Positions 62,572-64,000 of a stretch of DNA of 64,000 bases are shown here, in pieces. The DNA is from Marsupella aquatica (taxonomy: Eukaryota > Plantae > Marchantiophyta). The stretch spans positions 22,011,619 through 22,075,618 of the forward strand of contig OZ316892.1 of NCBI GenBank assembly GCA_973895155.1, in the 5' to 3' direction. A program made the position numbers and the translations under genes. Each line of letters begins with the position of its first letter. Position 1 is the first letter of the stretch. The notes beneath the pieces were generated by a model. The model saw only the letters and a program-made list of their open reading frames with translations. It was not told where the DNA came from and did not search any database.

Positions 62572-64000
62572 ACTGTCCCTGCTACTGCTCCCCACTTAGC
62601 CGTTTCATCCAATTGGTCTACATCCTTTACTTCCTCCGGAATTGCAGCTAAAAAGGTGGATTCTATTGTAAAGCAGTCCTCGACCTCTTCGTCTTCTTCT
62701 TCCAAGTCACCTTCCATTGGTTCTTGCCATAATCCGCTGGGGGGTACCTCTGGTCCAAAGACACCTTCTTCGGTTAGGTTAGTGAGGCATTCTAACCAAC
62801 GTACTTCATCGGCTGACTCCAGTCCACTATCGTACCCATCTACTTCCCTTATGCTTTTCCTACGGTCATCCTTAGTGTCCCAGGATACCGTGATAGAGGG
62901 GGTCCCGAAAGTGAACTGCTTTTTACCCCAATCTTCTATTACCTCGGCTAGGTACAGCCATGGCCTACCAATCAATAGCCGGAATGACGTAGGATTTACC
63001 GGCTTCATTACTACATAGTTAATGCTAAAGAAGATACCTCCTATCTCTGTCTTGATGCCGGTTAACACTCCCGTCGGAATGACCTGATATCCATTGGCCA
63101 TGTTCAACACTCTTCCAGTCATCTCCGGTGTTAGACCCCACCCTTTTGCTGTTGAATCAATCATAATACATACCCCTGATCCTCCATCGATGGGTACCCG
63201 TAGTAATAATTCTCCTTGAATCATTAATGGTAATGCTGGGGCTCCTTGATCTTCTTCTATCATTAGTACGTCGGATCTGGTTGCTACCTTGGGTAATCTC
63301 GGCTTGCCGAGAATAGCCTTCCTTAATTGCTTCCGGAAGTACGGACTATTTTTCAATAGTTGACCTACTGTTGCCGAGACTCTAGATTCTAGTACATCTT
63401 TAGCCAGGTCATAGGGAACAATCGGCTTCTCTTCTGGTGGTGTTTCCGTCTTGGATTCGGCCAGTTTTGCCATGCTAGTCTCCACAGCTGTTGGGTCTTC
63501 CGAAGCAAACAATGCTTTTGCTCGTTTTACATCCTTGGCAATGGCTTCGGTATTCTCCAGGGTTTCTAATTCTCTTAGTTGTTCCTTAACACTAGCCGTA
63601 ACAGAGGGGTAGAACAACTTAGGATGATCTCGATTGAAGTCGCTATCTTGTGAAGGATTGGTTTCACTGGTGGGCTCATGGCTTACCTGTATTGCCGGAG
63701 CCCTCCCTTCTCCTTCTGTTGATGTTGACGAAGAGTCGATCCTTTCCTCCGTAACCTTCCCTTTATTTTTGGCCAGCCCATCCCACCTTTCCTTCCTTCT
63801 GGTAGATCGAGTAGAGACCCGGTAGCAATCATGATCTAAATCCTCCTCTGAGAAGGTTGATAGGGCTTCGGCCTCATCATCAGATGGTATGAACTCTGCC
63901 TCGGCATCCTCTTGCCATCCTAGTTTGATGTGGTTGATTTGAACTCCTCCGGGGGTAGTACCTGGCGGTAAGATCTTGATCGGCAAAAGCTTATGATTTG
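62502..64000 (-). CDS. Gag-protease polyprotein, C-terminal part (partial)
   Basis: Aspartic protease IDGGSGVCIM...LLIGRPWL; ORF open to the window edge; TAA at 62502. Confidence 0.88.
   Translation of the reverse strand, partial: NHKLLPIKILPPGTTPGGVQINHIKLGWQEDAEAEFIPSDDEAEALSTFSEEDLDHDCYRVSTRSTRRKERWDGLAKNKGKVTEERIDSSSTSTEGEGRAPAIQVSHEPTSETNPSQDSDFNRDHPKLFYPSVTASVKEQLRELETLENTEAIAKDVKRAKALFASEDPTAVETSMAKLAESKTETPPEEKPIVPYDLAKDVLESRVSATVGQLLKNSPYFRKQLRKAILGKPRLPKVATRSDVLMIEEDQGAPALPLMIQGELLLRVPIDGGSGVCIMIDSTAKGWGLTPEMTGRVLNMANGYQVIPTGVLTGIKTEIGGIFFSINYVVMKPVNPTSFRLLIGRPWLYLAEVIEDWGKKQFTFGTPSITVSWDTKDDRRKSIREVDGYDSGLESADEVRWLECLTNLTEEGVFGPEVPPSGLWQEPMEGDLEEEDEEVEDCFTIESTFLAAIPEEVKDVDQLDETAKWGAVAGTVDFLQALWQSRRGPQRHRSSARN
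62512..62571 (-). promoter_or_regulatory. Programmed -1 ribosomal frameshift signal
   Basis: G_GAU_UUU (62571-62565), spacer CUGCA, 10-bp stem GGCGUUGUGG/CCACAACGCC, loop GCCGA pairing with downstream UCGGC. pol is in the -1 frame. Confidence 0.8.

Noticed and set aside
63170-63200. Protease DGG motif as an inactivating mutation
   Set aside because: The catalytic Asp and surrounding motifs are retained and the ORF is intact; D-G-G variants occur in Athila-related proteases.
55356-63825. Many + strand ORFs opposite the gypsy genes
   Set aside because: Antisense shadows of long coding regions with no independent motifs.

Overview
Repeat-rich land-plant genomic DNA. Arabidopsis-type TTTAGGG repeats, GT-AG introns and the TE families present suggest a bryophyte or other non-seed plant (inference). 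Most of the window is nested transposons, and many boundaries can be fixed from TIRs and TSDs: a Helitron with its empty site, several MITE families, solo LTRs, Copia remnants, a DUF7869/Sola-like transposase, two nested CACTA elements and a non-chromovirus Ty3/gypsy element running off the right edge. Main observations: (1) the gypsy 3' LTR is about 4.66 kb and contains a 1222-aa ORF, and a diverged homologous ORF lies inside a TSD-flanked solo LTR of about 4 kb; (2) the same gypsy has a textbook -1 frameshift signal (G_GAU_UUU, 5-nt spacer, pseudoknot) between protease and RT; (3) an inverted pair of CLE-peptide precursor genes, one carrying six tandem RLVPNGPNPLHN-type repeats, five of which the ORF track misses; (4) a CACTA element with a SET-domain exon placed as an alternative to its transposase exon.
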